Assembly (NCBI GenBank): GCA_031835245.2
Contig: JAVKOQ020000097.1
Location: 62,001 to 126,000 of the forward strand
Direction: 5' to 3'
DNA: 64,000 nt
From: Balamuthia mandrillaris
Lineage: Eukaryota
This document shows, piece by piece, positions 35,402-47,220 of the stretch. The notes beneath the pieces are model-generated. The model did no database searches, was not told the DNA's origin, and worked only from the letters and a program-made list of their open reading frames with translations. A program made the position numbers and the translations under genes. Every line of letters begins with the position of its first letter. Within the stretch, counting starts at the first letter, position 1.

Positions 35402-37885
35402 CCCTCTTTTCTTCTGTTTCTTTTGGCTTCTTGTTCTTTGCTTATGTATTATTGAATGAGCACAGTTGTGGGAGGACGAAGTGGCTCACGAGTATTTGGT
35501 CCGGCTCAGCCTGGATACAAGACCGATAGACCGCTGGACCGCTGCGGCTTGGGGTGTGGACAACACCTCTCCTGTAATCGTCGAGCTGCTGTTCACTTGG
35601 CAGTATCTTAATGATAGGTTCGTTATCAACAGACAGAGAGAAAAGAGAAAAGGAGAGAGAGAGCGAGAGAGAGAAGAGACCAGACTCCTAACAGAAATAC
35701 AACAGAAAGATGCCACCGAAGGTATTGGGTATTTTCCAGAGCAAAGACAAGAACCTCAACGTCAAAGCGCTCAGCGACAATCGCGACTTTGGGCTGAGAT
35801 GGTACCTCAACAATCGTCTCTCCGACACTCTTCGTCGCAACTGGGTGAAATACTATCGCAACCTCGAGGACGACAAGTTCCGCGTCATCCCCATCAAGAA
35901 CTCTCTGTCTGGAAGCAAGGGTAAGAACAAAGGCAAAGAGAAAGACTCAAAGAAAGAAAGCAAGAAGGACAAGAAAAAGGACAAGAAAGCAAAGAAAAAG
36001 TTGAAGAAGAACTACCCGGCCGAATATCAGGACAAAGCGAAGCAACTGATGGAAATGGGATTCGAGGAAGAGCTCTCCTATTTGGCCTTGCAAGAGACGA
36101 ATGGAGATGTGGCGGAGAGCGTATCTATTCTTATGGATGGAAAAGCCACTGACAAGCTCAAGTCTGGCGATGTGCGTCTTTTCTTCTTTCTCTCTTCTGT
36201 TCTCTTCTATGTTCGCTTTCTTTCCCCCCTCTCCTTTAACTTTCTTGCTGTTACATAAACAACAAAAACAACAGAAAAACAAGAACAAAAAGAAGACTAA
36301 CACAGACAAGAGGGCGCTTGCTCAGTCCTACGGCCGTGCTGATGTTACTCGCCTGGAGAACTTCTTCGGTACATCACATTTTCACTTCATTCTTGCCTGC
36401 TATTCCCGTTTTCCTCCTTTATTATTTGTTTTTCTGCTATTATAACATTCCCGGTCTTACATATCTGTTCTTCGTTTCAGCTGGAGACAACTTTTTAGCC
36501 AACGTGGTGCATTACCTCGTCGCCCGTATGCAGACCGTCTCCAACAATTGCGTCATCTGCGACTCTCCCTTGGGCTATGAGGGCTTGAAGCCGACCGTCT
36601 GCAGCAAGGTCCTCTGCACGCACAGCTTCGACGCCTACGGGCTGGGCTTCTCGCTGACCTCCGAGCTGATGCACAACCCGGAGGTGGTGGACGCGCTGGT
36701 GACCATCACCGTGGCGGCTGCCAAGAACAAGCGGGGCAATGGGGCGGACGTGTTTGAGCCATTCCCTGATGCGGTGCAGAGCGTGCAAAAGGACAAGTAT
36801 GGCAATGAAGAGAGCGTCAGGACATTCCGTGATGGCACGACCAAGAACTTTGATCTTGTGGTATGTTTTCAGTTTAAAGCTCTTGTTTTTGTTTTGTTCA
36901 TGTGTCTTTGCTTTTGCTCATTCTCTCTTTCTTTCTCTCTCATATAGGCTTCGGTGTGTGAAAAATTGCCATCTATTGATGAAATGAAGAAGTTTACGGA
37001 TGAGATGTTGTTGAAGGCCTACCTTGACAATCTCGATGACCTCTGCTATCCTCTTTTGCGTTGGATCATGATGAGCAACAGAGCCCATCTTTCCTTGCTG
37101 CCTAAAGACAAGGTTTGTCCCTCTCCTTCCTTCTGCTTTCTTCGTTCTTACTTTCTAACTTATTTTAAAATAAAAAGCATATCACGGAGATGCAAACACC
37201 GCACCAATACGTTCTTGTTTCGGACAACCCTCAAAAGGAGGCGGACTTCCGTCGCCAAAGAGCGGAAGTGGCCGCCAGAAAAGGTGGCAAAGGCAGCTTT
37301 TACGCCTTCCATGGCTCAGCCATCGGCAATTGGCATTCCATCTTCAGGAACGGCCTTCGCAACTACAGCAACACCGATAAGATGTCGGCCGGTGCTGCTT
37401 ATGGCCCTGGTATGTTGCTGTTCTCGTTCTCTCTTCTCTCTTTCTTCTCTCGTTCTCTCTTCTAAACAAAAACGCAACGAAACAGGCATCTATATGGCAG
37501 CAGACAGCAGCACATCATTTGGCTACATGGTGGGCGGCAAAGGATGGGACAAGGGCCGCATTCTCAAGGATGCTTCCTCCTCTGCCACCCTTGCCTGCAT
37601 TGCTCTCTGTGAAGGTTTGTTTGTTCTTTCTTTCCTGCCGGTTCTCTCTCTCTTCCTCTCTCTCTCTTTCTCTTTCTCACTGTTCAACACCAAACAACAA
37701 CAGTGATAGACTACCGAGGAGAAAACAAAGGCGTGAACGACCACGGCAGCATCTACACGGTGACGGATGAGACAACGGTGGTAACGCGTTACTTCTTCCT
37801 TTACTGCCTGGACGGCTCCAACTCCTATTACTCCCACTCCGTGCCGGCCAACAACCTCAAGCTCCCCGAGGACATCTACACCTAA
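34050..37885 (+). CDS. PARP6/PARP8-like mono-ADP-ribosyltransferase with an internal UBA domain, multi-exon
   Basis: UBA KQLMEMGFEEELSYLALQETNGDV; Cys motif CVICD...LKPTVCSKVLC; PLLRWIMMSNRAHL; catalytic AFHGSAIGNWHSIFRNGL...GAAYGPGIYM...SFGY...CIALCEVI...GSIYTV...VVTRYFFLY (H-Y-I type triad). Confidence 0.88.
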
Positions 37886-37945
37886 AGAGCATCCCTTTCT
37901 CTTTGTTCTTCTTTGCTATAGTATTAATATAGGAAACAAAAAAAA

Positions 37946-38563
37946 ATGGAACACAAAGATGAAGAAGGTCTTGTTGGTTCGTTTCCTTCTCGCGAGGTGA
38001 TCTTTTCTTGCTTTGAAACCAAAGGGTGGAGAGAAGGCGTTCTTCCATTGCTGCAGTCGTCCTCCGTGAAAGATCTTTGGGGGCCGACGGAGGAAGATGA
38101 AGAAAAAGAAAGAACGTGGTTTTATCTTTGTATTCTTGCTTTTGCTTCTGAGGATCAGTTTTGTATTTTTTTTTTCTCTCTCCTCTTCTTCTTCTTCATC
38201 GCTTTCATTCAATCTAACAACAACAACAACAAAAAAAAAAGTGATTTCCTTCAACACTTCTTTTCAAAAGGAGTAAATCTTTATCAATCTTCATCTTCAG
38301 CTTTGCTTTATGAGCAGATGAACATCTACTTTCAACAGCAGCAAAAGAGGAATATTTACAGCAGTGGGGCTGCTTTTGAGGCGTTTATTGAGAAAGGAGG
38401 AAACGTCCCCATGTATCAATCGCTCTCGCGACTGTTTCGTCAGGTTTTGTTTTTTTCGTTCTCTGCTTTCGTCTGACCTTTCTTCTTTGCTTCTTTCTTC
38501 TTTTTCTCTTCCTATTCTTAGGCTTTCTCTTCTTGTTGGTTGTTGTTCTTGTTCTTCTTCCAC

Positions 38564-38637
<74 letters not shown>

Positions 38638-39739
38638 CGTTGTTGTTGTTGTTGTTGTTGTTGTTGTTCTGTTTTTGTTGTTGTTGTTGTTTTGTTGTTG
38701 CTTTCTCTTCTTCTTCTTGTTCTTCTTCTTCTTCTTGTTCTTGTTCTTGTTGTTCTTCTTGTTCTTGTTCTTCTTCTTCTTGTTCTTCTTCTTCTTCTTC
38801 TTCTTCTTGTTCTTCTTCTTGTTCTTCTTCTTCTTCTTCTTCTTCTTCCTCTTGTTCTTCTTCTTGTTGTTCTTCCTGTTGTTCTTCCTGTTGTTCTTCT
38901 TCTTCATTTTAACCTTCTTGTGCAGAACTATAAAGAAGGACTAGAGAGCAAACGGAACGACCGTAACAAAGAAGAAGAAGAAGAAAACAAAGAAGATTCA
39001 CCCTTTTGTATCTTGGACATTGGAGTGGGGAGTGGCAAAGCTCTTCTTCCATCCCTATTCGATGATGACGCTGAAGAAAACAAGAACTGTCAAATGAAGG
39101 TGGAGCTGATCGAGCCTTCTGCCTCCCTTCTGACATCGTGCATCGACGCACTTCGCTCTTCTCCCTCTTCTAACTCGATATCTTTCACCGCTCATAACCT
39201 CACCATTCAAGAATTCATGCAAAACAAAAGAAGAGAAGAAGAAGAACTGCAAAAGGAGAACGACAGCAATAACTGGGACATCATCCAAGCTTCGTTTGCG
39301 CTTCATAACTTGCCTATAGAAGATTGTGGCAACGTGATGAAGTGGGCTCACCATTGTCTGTCTTCTTCTTCTTCTTCGTGCGCCACAAGGAGGCGCGGCG
39401 GACGCATGTTGATCGCTGAGTTTGATGTGCCTCCTTCCGTTTGTTTGTCGCGATACTCTCCTGCTTTCGTGGAACATGTTCGCACGACCTATCCAAAAGG
39501 TTTGGCTGAATACGAGGATGCTGAGCATGAAGAAACAACGTCAAGTTGCTTTGAACTCGTGGCTCAGGGATTTCTTGTGCCTATCATGCTTGGTACCTTT
39601 TTTCTTCTTCTCTCTCTCCCTTCTGTTGTTCCTTTGTTACTGTTTACTCATCCATGCTCCTCCTCCCGTTCTCTTCGTCGTTCTCTCCTCTTCATCGTTC
39701 TGCTCCTCTTTCGGTTTGCTTCATTCCTCTCTCTGCATC

Positions 39740-39814
<75 letters not shown>

Positions 39815-39816
39815 CC

Positions 39817-39900
<84 letters not shown>

Positions 39901-40059
39901 GGGTATTTTGCTCGTTCACAGCAACAGAACACGACCTACGAACGTCCGGTTGAGGCCTGGCAAAACGAGCTTCTGTCGGCGGGGTTTGCGAGAGTGGAGA
40001 CTCACGTAATCTATCGCTACTGGTGGGCGGACGCTGTGCTTCTTGTGGCTTCTTGTTGA
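37946..40059 (+). CDS. Class I SAM-dependent methyltransferase, multi-exon
   Basis: Motif I ILDIGVGSGKAL, then ELIEPS, WDIIQASFALHNL, GRMLIAEFDVP and LLSAGFARVE. Introns are filled with GTT/TTC and AAC repeats. Confidence 0.8.
38535..38905. repeat. Intronic compound microsatellite (GTT)n/(TTC)n
   Basis: Direct tandem trinucleotide runs inside a methyltransferase intron. Confidence 0.9.
39741..39900. repeat. Intronic (AAC)n microsatellite abutting the 3' splice site
   Basis: About 160 bp of near-perfect AAC repeat ending in ...ACAG|GGTAT. Confidence 0.9.
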
Positions 40060-40181
40060 TATGATATCCTCTCGATGTCCTCTCTTATTTCCCTCATTCC
40101 TTCTTCCTTGCTGTCTTTCAACAGAGATGTATTTCATGATACTGCAAACCAACAAGTATCCATAACTTCTCCTTGTCTTCC

Positions 40182-40570
40182 TCACCACAATGTCAGACGG
40201 TGGAAGGACAGCGAAGCCGATGATGACCCGCTCTCATTAGACTCTTCATCATCATGAGAGGAGGAAGATGAGGCATCTGCAGAGAAGGAGCTCTCTGAAA
40301 ATGCTGAGGAGGAGCTGTCATCTTCAAGGAAGGATCGAGTGTTCCTCCACAGCTGGAAGCCTACTCCCCCATCGTATTGATCCATGGCGGAAAAGTCAGG
40401 AGAGCGATTGCCATCCACGTCCACCCACGTTATGTGCCCGAGCATAAGGTAAAGCAGGGGGGCTTGGTCGCCGTCAAACTCCATGCTGGTCACGTCTACG
40501 ATGGCATCCATCAGAAAAGAAACAAAAGGTCACCACCCATTCTTGTCCAAACGCAACAAAGCACACAGCA

Positions 40571-40619
<49 letters not shown>

Positions 40620-41755
40620 AAAAGGCAGCAAACCTTCAAACCAAGACCCACGGTTTCTAAACAATCCTCCGCGTTGAACAGAGTCGTCACCATTCCCGGT
40701 GATGGCCAAGTCCAGAAGAACATCCCCATCAAAGTCCACAAACCGGGCGGAACAGGGAGACACCTGCGGCAAGAGTCCTCCGGGGAAGAGCTCCGTGGTG
40801 GCAGCCCTGAACTGCCCTTCCTTCGTTTGTACATAGACCGCGGAGTATGCAGCGCCAGCCCGACCACAGACCACGAAGTCCAAGCGTTGATCCCCGTTGA
40901 CATCCCCCAATCGGCGCTTCCTTCATGGAGGGCAGGCAAAGAAGGGCTGCCCTCTGCGATGAGGCTGTTGGTTGCATCCGTGAAGCTCCCATCCCCGTTG
41001 CTGCGATACAACTTAACGGCACTGTTCATCACCCAAAAGATGTCATCATCGCCATCCCCATCGAAGTCCACCACACGCACTTCTCCCACATATGAATGGT
41101 ACGCTCCCGAGAAGGCGGAGGTGACATCCACCTCCGTGGTGAAGGTGGTGGGTTCATTCCCATCGTTGAGGAACACCGTCTTGGCATCATTCCTCACCGA
41201 AAGAAAGAGGTCCACGAGGTCATCCCCATCAAAGTCTCCCCATTCCAACCAGCACCAGGAGGACTGGCAGACGGAGAGAGCAGGAAGCAATTCCGTGGTC
41301 ACCTCCGTGAAGTTGGCCCCTTGGTTGTTCTTCCACACTTTGACAAACTGCTCGCTGCTGCTCTCGCTGCTGAAGACAAGCAGGTCGGGGAAGCCGTCCT
41401 GGTTGAAGTCTGCCCATCTGGCTTTCCCGATGATGCCGTTCGGGAGAGAGCCGTCCGGGAAGGCCTGGTGGGTGATCTCGGAGAAGGTCCAGTTGCCGTC
41501 ATTGTGGAACAGCAAGGAGACTCTCGTGAACATCGGTCGATGGGTTCCCAAAAAGAAAACATCAAGGAGGCCGTCCTGGTCCACGTCCACCCATGTCATG
41601 CTTCCGCCTGAACCCATGAACACAGGAGCTCCGTCAGGGAAGGCGGTTCCGCGGTCGACCGCCTGGAAGGTTTGCCCTCTTGCGGGGGCAGGGAAGAAGA
41701 GCAGGGAGGAGCAGAGCAAGGAAAGGCAGAGGAAGAACGGGCGGGGAGCTGGCAT
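40182..41755 (-). CDS. Secreted FG-GAP/VCBS-repeat protein, copy 2 (inverted paralog of 14454..16021), with a -1 frameshift
   Basis: Same signal peptide and DxDxDG repeats as copy 1. Frameshift in C5 run 40904-40908 (WGDVNGD broken). Intron at about 40515-40633. Confidence 0.8.
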
Positions 41756-42206
41756 TCCGCTGTTGTTTCGCTGTTGTGCGGAGTAACGCAAAAGACAAAT
41801 AAAAAAAGCGAATGAAGAAGACTGCGGGCGCTTTTTTTAAACCACCTGCCTTGAGTGTTTTTTAGTGAACTCAGAACAGGTCTTGTTCAGTCCTGCTACA
41901 GGCATTCACTTCACCATTGTGCTATTACGCGAGATCTCATCCCCCCATTGGTGGATGGGTGGACCAGCAACGGCCCGCCCACCTGCAGTAGCTGGAGAGA
42001 GAGGCTTGAGAGACCCCAAAAAAAGACCTCAACGAAGGACGACGACCGGCCACACAATAATGCGGTTGCTGCATAATCATCCGAGGAGTGCCGCAACGTG
42101 TTTGTCTGCCTCGCAGCGTCCTCTGGCGGTGGATCGGCCAGTTGCCACTCGCGTGAATAACAAAAGCACACCTCCGAGTAAAAATATAAATTCTTTGAAG
42201 ACTGGT

Positions 42207-42251
<45 letters not shown>

Positions 42252-42267
42252 AAAAAAAGAGTCAGCA

Positions 42268-42837
42268 TTATTTCGAAGCAGACGAGGCGACATGGGTCTT
42301 GTCCGTGCTGTAAAGGAAGAACCAACTGAACACGAAGAATCCTGCCATCATGGAGAAAGCTCCCGCGTAGTAGGGATAGGCCGACAAGATGAACCTCTCG
42401 TATTGGTCATGACGAAGAGGACGAACCGTCACCATTTGTCGTTGGTGCAATGAAGAATAGCCCTTTCGATGATAATTCAACCTGTTGCATTATTGAAAAG
42501 AGTTTAGAAAAAATGAAAAGAAAAAGAAAAAGAAAAAGAAAAAGAAAAAGAAAAAGAAAAAGAAAAAGAAAAAGAAAAAGACAAACCTGAAAGTAAACAC
42601 GCCATACTGATCCGGCAAAACGAAACGAGCGCGATAGGTGGCGGGGGAGGAGGCGTTGGTGGAAGGCTGCAGGAAGGTACGAATGTAGGGGTCGAGCATG
42701 GCGGCCTCAACCTGAAGGTCGTCGCGGCTTATGTAAGGCACCCACTCCCCTTTGCTGCCGTCCCATTCCTCCACCTCCACTTCGTACTCCTGTTTGATTT
42801 TCAAATTTTGGTTGATTGAATTTTTGTATCAGAGAAC

Positions 42838-42871
<34 letters not shown>

Positions 42872-44222
42872 GAGAGAGAGGAGAGAGGAGAGAGAGAGAG
42901 GAGAGAGGAGAGAGGAGAGAAGAGAGAGGAGAGAGGAGAGAGGAGAGAGGAGAGAGGGAGAGAGGAGAGAGGAGAGAGGAGAGAGGAGAGAGGAGAGAGG
43001 AGAGAGGAGAGAGGAGAGAGGAGAGAGGAGAGAGAGAGGAGAGAGTAAAAGAGGTAAAAAAAGAAATAGAGGAAAGCGAACAAAGAAACAAGAGAAAAAG
43101 ATTTTTGACTAAGGAAAAGCAGAGGAGATGCGATGATTACGAACCACTTCATCACGAATAGTGTAAAGAGAAGGCTGCTCCGTGTGTCCCACCAGATGGT
43201 GTCTTGGGTTGCTGGACCTCAATACTCCCTTCTCTCCGAAGGTCCACGCCACAAGGTTCATCGCCAACTCCTCGTTTCCACTCTTCTCCCATTTTTGTTG
43301 TTGTTCCAAAGAGGAGGAAAATGGCTGAACGGGACTGTCAAAGAAACGATCCGAGAAAAAGTCGAGAGAGCCAACAAACGTCACGCGAGCATTGTTGCGA
43401 GCCTGAAGCGCCGCAATCAAGGAGATATCTCGTCCCTTCAACAAGTTGCCACTGCTGCTCTTCACCTCCGCATAGGGAGAGTGCACGTAGCTCGTGGAGT
43501 AAGCGTCCGCCACTCGTATCAACAGCTCGTTCTCGGCCTCCAAAGATGCGCCCACTCCTCTAAACAAAAGAGGAGCGCTCGAAGAAGAGCTAGTAATGAC
43601 AGAGGGAACGTCCTCTCGCACGCGGCTTACAACGAGCGTGTGAGCCCCGTCAAAGTCGCCTTGATCGAAATGAAAGTGGTCCACCAGGAAGGAGCCCTCG
43701 TCGTCACCGTAGAGTACGCCGCACTCAAGAGCCACCTCGCGTACGGGATCGTCCAGCTCGTTGTTGACGGCCACGAGAAGGGAGTGTCCGTCGTCAATGA
43801 AGTTGAGGATGGCATCCACGTTGATCGAGCCGCCAAACTCTGTTTTTGTTTTTTTGTTTGTTCGTTAGTTTGATAAACAAAGAGAGAGAGAGAGAGCACA
43901 AGAAAAAGTGATAGAGAGATCGAGAGAGAAGAGGCGTACGAATGGTGCGAGGAGCAAAAAGGACGATAAAGTCATAGAGATAAACGCCGTAGCGGCTGAG
44001 CTCGAGCTCGGGATCGGTCGACTCGAAGAAGGAGAGGTCGTACTTGTGGGAGAGAGCGCCAAAGAACTGGGAGTGAGTGTTGCGCAGCTTCAAGTCGTCC
44101 AACAACACCAATCCTCTCTTTCTGGCCGCTGAGGCCGAAGCGGCGGTGGTAGCGGCGAAGAGCTCACAAAGAGCAAAGGCGGCCAACACCAAGAGAACGA
44201 TTTGCAACTTGGAAACTGCCAT
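42268..44222 (-). CDS. DDOST: Oligosaccharyltransferase 48 kDa subunit (DDOST/WBP1), multi-exon
   Basis: Signal peptide; THSQFFGAL, LSRYGVYLYDFIVLFAP, ILNFIDDGHSLLVA, LIAALQARNNARVTFVGSLDFFSD, MLDPYIR, LPDQYGVFTF, VTVRPLRHDQYERFILSAYPYYAGAFSMM; C-terminal TM helix. Confidence 0.96.
42840..43045. repeat. Intronic polypurine (GAGAG/GAGAGGA)n repeat
   Basis: Tandem purine-only repeat within a DDOST intron. Confidence 0.9.
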
Positions 44223-44420
44223 TTCTTTTGTTTTTAATTCCTCTCCTATGACCTCGATCTGTTTTTTTTCCAATCTCTCTCTCAAAGGGCAGGAAGAAGA
44301 AAAAGAAGAAGAAGAACAAAAAATCAATCAAGAAGCGAAGAAGAAGGAGACAGCCCAGACCGCTTATCGAGAGCACTTCGTTCTCTTTTTTTCTTCCAAC
44401 CAAAAAAACAAAATATTTCT

Positions 44421-44520
44421 TATGTCGACGTTTTTAGTCCCCTTTCGGACCCTCAAACAGGTCGACATTATCCATGGAAGATAGCTGTTTTTGTGTCGAC
44501 CCCACATTTTATGTCGACTG
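44421..44520. promoter_or_regulatory. Cluster of four (A/G)TGTCGAC-type sites in the DDOST/FANCL divergent promoter
   Basis: ATGTCGAC at 44422, GTCGACAT at 44461, GTGTCGAC at 44493 and ATGTCGAC at 44511, all within the roughly 385-bp spacer between head-to-head genes. Confidence 0.5.
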
Positions 44521-44606
44521 GTTTTTCACTTGGTCACAAAAAACGACTCCCCAAACACTGTAATCATTTATAATTTTTCTTGGAAATATTTAAAAAATTC
44601 AAAAGA

Positions 44607-45708
44607 ATGAGACGGGAAGGCAGCAGCAGCAGCAGCAGCAAAACAACGGCGTTTCCGCTGGTGGTCCCGCTGCTCGTTGGTGCCACGGCTCTTGGCGAAA
44701 CGAACGACAAAGAAGAAAACAACTACGAAAAGAAGGGAAGAAGGAACTGCTACTACGGCTTCCTTTCCGTTCTTGTACGGAATGATGCTTTCTTCCTATC
44801 TTTTTTTTTTTTGTTCAGGGAGGATGAAAACGAAATGGTAGTAACCTTTTTTTCCCCCTCCATAAATGCACTGAAGGGGAGAGACTATCGGCTATGTGTA
44901 GAAGAGCCAGAAGAAGAGAGCGCTGAAGGAATCATAGGACATCAACACGGCACCCTCAGCAACGCCCAGGTCTCTTGTGAGCCGGCTTTGCAGTTGCTAC
45001 TCTCTCCTCATCTTTCTGTCATCAAAGAGGTAAAAACTTTTTTGTTGTGTGTATGTCAATCGTTCCTCTTCTTGTTCTTGTTCTTGTTCTTGTTCTTCTT
45101 CTTCTTCTTCTTCTTCTTCTTCTTCTTCTTCTTCTTCTGCTTCTGCTTCTGCTTCTGCTTCTGCTTCTGCTTCTGCTTCTGCTTCTGCTTCTGCTTCTCT
45201 TGTCCTCATGCTCTCTTTTCCTATCTCTTCCTTTCTTATTTGTGTTTCAACTATATAGAGACTCAAACAGAGCGCCGATGTGGAGACTTTTCTGGTTGAG
45301 CTGAAAGACATCCTTGTACGTATTCCTTGTGTCGTCTTCTTTGCAAGCCGACAGAAAGAAACGACAAGAAAGAAAGAAAGAAAGAAACGACAAGAAAGAA
45401 AGAAAGAAACGACAAGAAAGAAAGAAAGAAACGACAAGAAAAAGAAAGAAAGAAAGAGAAAGAAAGAAAGGAAAGAAAGAAAGAAAGAAAGAAAGAAAGA
45501 AACGACAAGAAAGAAACGACAAGAAAGAAACGACAAGAAAGAGAAAAGAAAGAAAGAAAGACAAGAAAGAAAAAGAAAGAAAGAAAGAAACGACAAGAAA
45601 GAAACAAAAAGAAACGACAAGAAAGAAACGACAAGAGAAACGACAAGAAAGAAAGAAACGACAAGAAAGAAAAAAGAAAAAGAAACAGCAAAGAAAGAAA
45701 GAAACGAC

Positions 45709-45740
<32 letters not shown>

Positions 45741-47128
45741 AACGACAAGAAAGAAAGAAAGAAAGAAAGAAACGACAAGAAAGAAAGAAAGAAAGAAACG
45801 ACAAGAAAGAAACGACAAGAAACGACAAGAAAGAAAGAAAGAAACGACAAGAAAGAAAGAAAGAAAGAAACGACAAGAAAGAAAGAAAGAAAGAAAGAAA
45901 GCAAGCAACAAGAAACCCAAACAGAAACAGAGAATCAAACAGAAACGAAACATAAAGCAAAACTAAGTGTTAAAAACACAACACATGCAGGAACGGGTGG
46001 TGAGAGAAGAGACAAACGAAGAACGTGCAGTCGATCCATCATTCTATGGCCGCGTTGTAGCAGAACTGGACGCCATCGGCTGGCATCATTTACTTTGGGT
46101 TGACGACACGATGACTTGTCTCAAACTTCAACAAAGGTTTGCTCCTCCTTCTTGTTCTTCTTTCTTATACTCACTACTGAAACCACCAACTAAAAAAAGT
46201 GATGAAGAAGGAAGAACTCACATCATAACATTACGGTTATCATCCGATCATCCTCAATCGGCTCCTCTATGCATGACCGATTTGCCTCAACCGCTCGTTT
46301 TGCGCTGGCATCACAAGACCAGCAACTTAAGTCACGTTCTTGTTCAGTTTAAACAGGTTAGTATTGATACAACAAAGAAGCACAAGAAGAAGAAGAAGCA
46401 CAAGCACAAAAACAAAGAAGAAACTAACAACAAATAAGGCCTTGGAAAACTATCAACCATTATGGCGAGTGATGGATGACTTTGATGATAACACCTGGGT
46501 ATTGGAACCTGATCCTGGTCATGCCTCCTATTCTTCCACTATGCGACGCATTGTTACTGGTAGATTTCCATCATCTGCTTTCTTCCTTAATTTGTAAACC
46601 GTTCTCTTGTTTATTTTATTTTACCTTCGAACAAAGGTAATCACTGTTCACTTCAGTTGAACTTGGATCCAAGCCATCCTTTCGCAGTGCCGGAATGCCG
46701 GTTGTTGGGACCGGACGCCATCGTTGGCCCTCTTCAACAAAAACTCAACTCTAATCTTCATCACTGGTTCGTTTTACATCTTTTCTTTTTTCTTCTTTCT
46801 TTTTTAAACCAAAGTTTTCATAAGGGATGAAGCAAAGTTACCGAGACAAAATCTAGAACAGATCCTCGAGCTCCACTTCCCCTCTCCCCAAACCTCCACT
46901 CGCCAAGAGTTCAGCATGGAGTGCGGCATTTGTTACAGCTACAAACAACAAACAACCAAGACAGAAACCCCAGATATCGTCTGCAACAATGCACGCTGCG
47001 GTAAACCCTTCCATCAGTACTGCCTCTATGAGTGGCTGCAGAGCATTCCTTCCACGCATCGCTCCTTTGATACGTTGTTTGGAGCGTGCCCTTATTGCAG
47101 CACGCAAATCACCGTCAAGCAGAGATGA
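44607..47128 (+). CDS. FANCL: Fanconi anemia E3 ubiquitin ligase FANCL, multi-exon
   Basis: FLVELKDIL, ELDAIGW, DEEGRTH, DDFDDNTWVLEP, RRIVTG, SLQLNLDPSHP, PECRLLG, NLEQILELHFP, and RING ECGICYSY...CNNARCGKPFHQYCLYEWL...SFDTLFGACPYC. Confidence 0.96.
45352..45900. repeat. Intronic compound repeat: (AAAG)n interspersed with AAACGACAAG units
   Basis: About 550 bp in a FANCL intron. The same unit appears near 50755, near 51015 and as the reverse complement at 59253-59350. Confidence 0.9.
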
Positions 47129-47220
47129 TAGAGAACGGGAGGAATAGAGAAGGAATGAACGACAAGCAAAGCGAATGGAAGAAGAAAAACTCACCAAGTC
47201 AAAGAAAAAAAAAAGTTCTA

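Noticed and set aside
38535..45900. Tandem arrays as possible CRISPR arrays
   Set aside because: They are simple or compound microsatellites without unique spacers; the context is eukaryotic and there are no cas genes.
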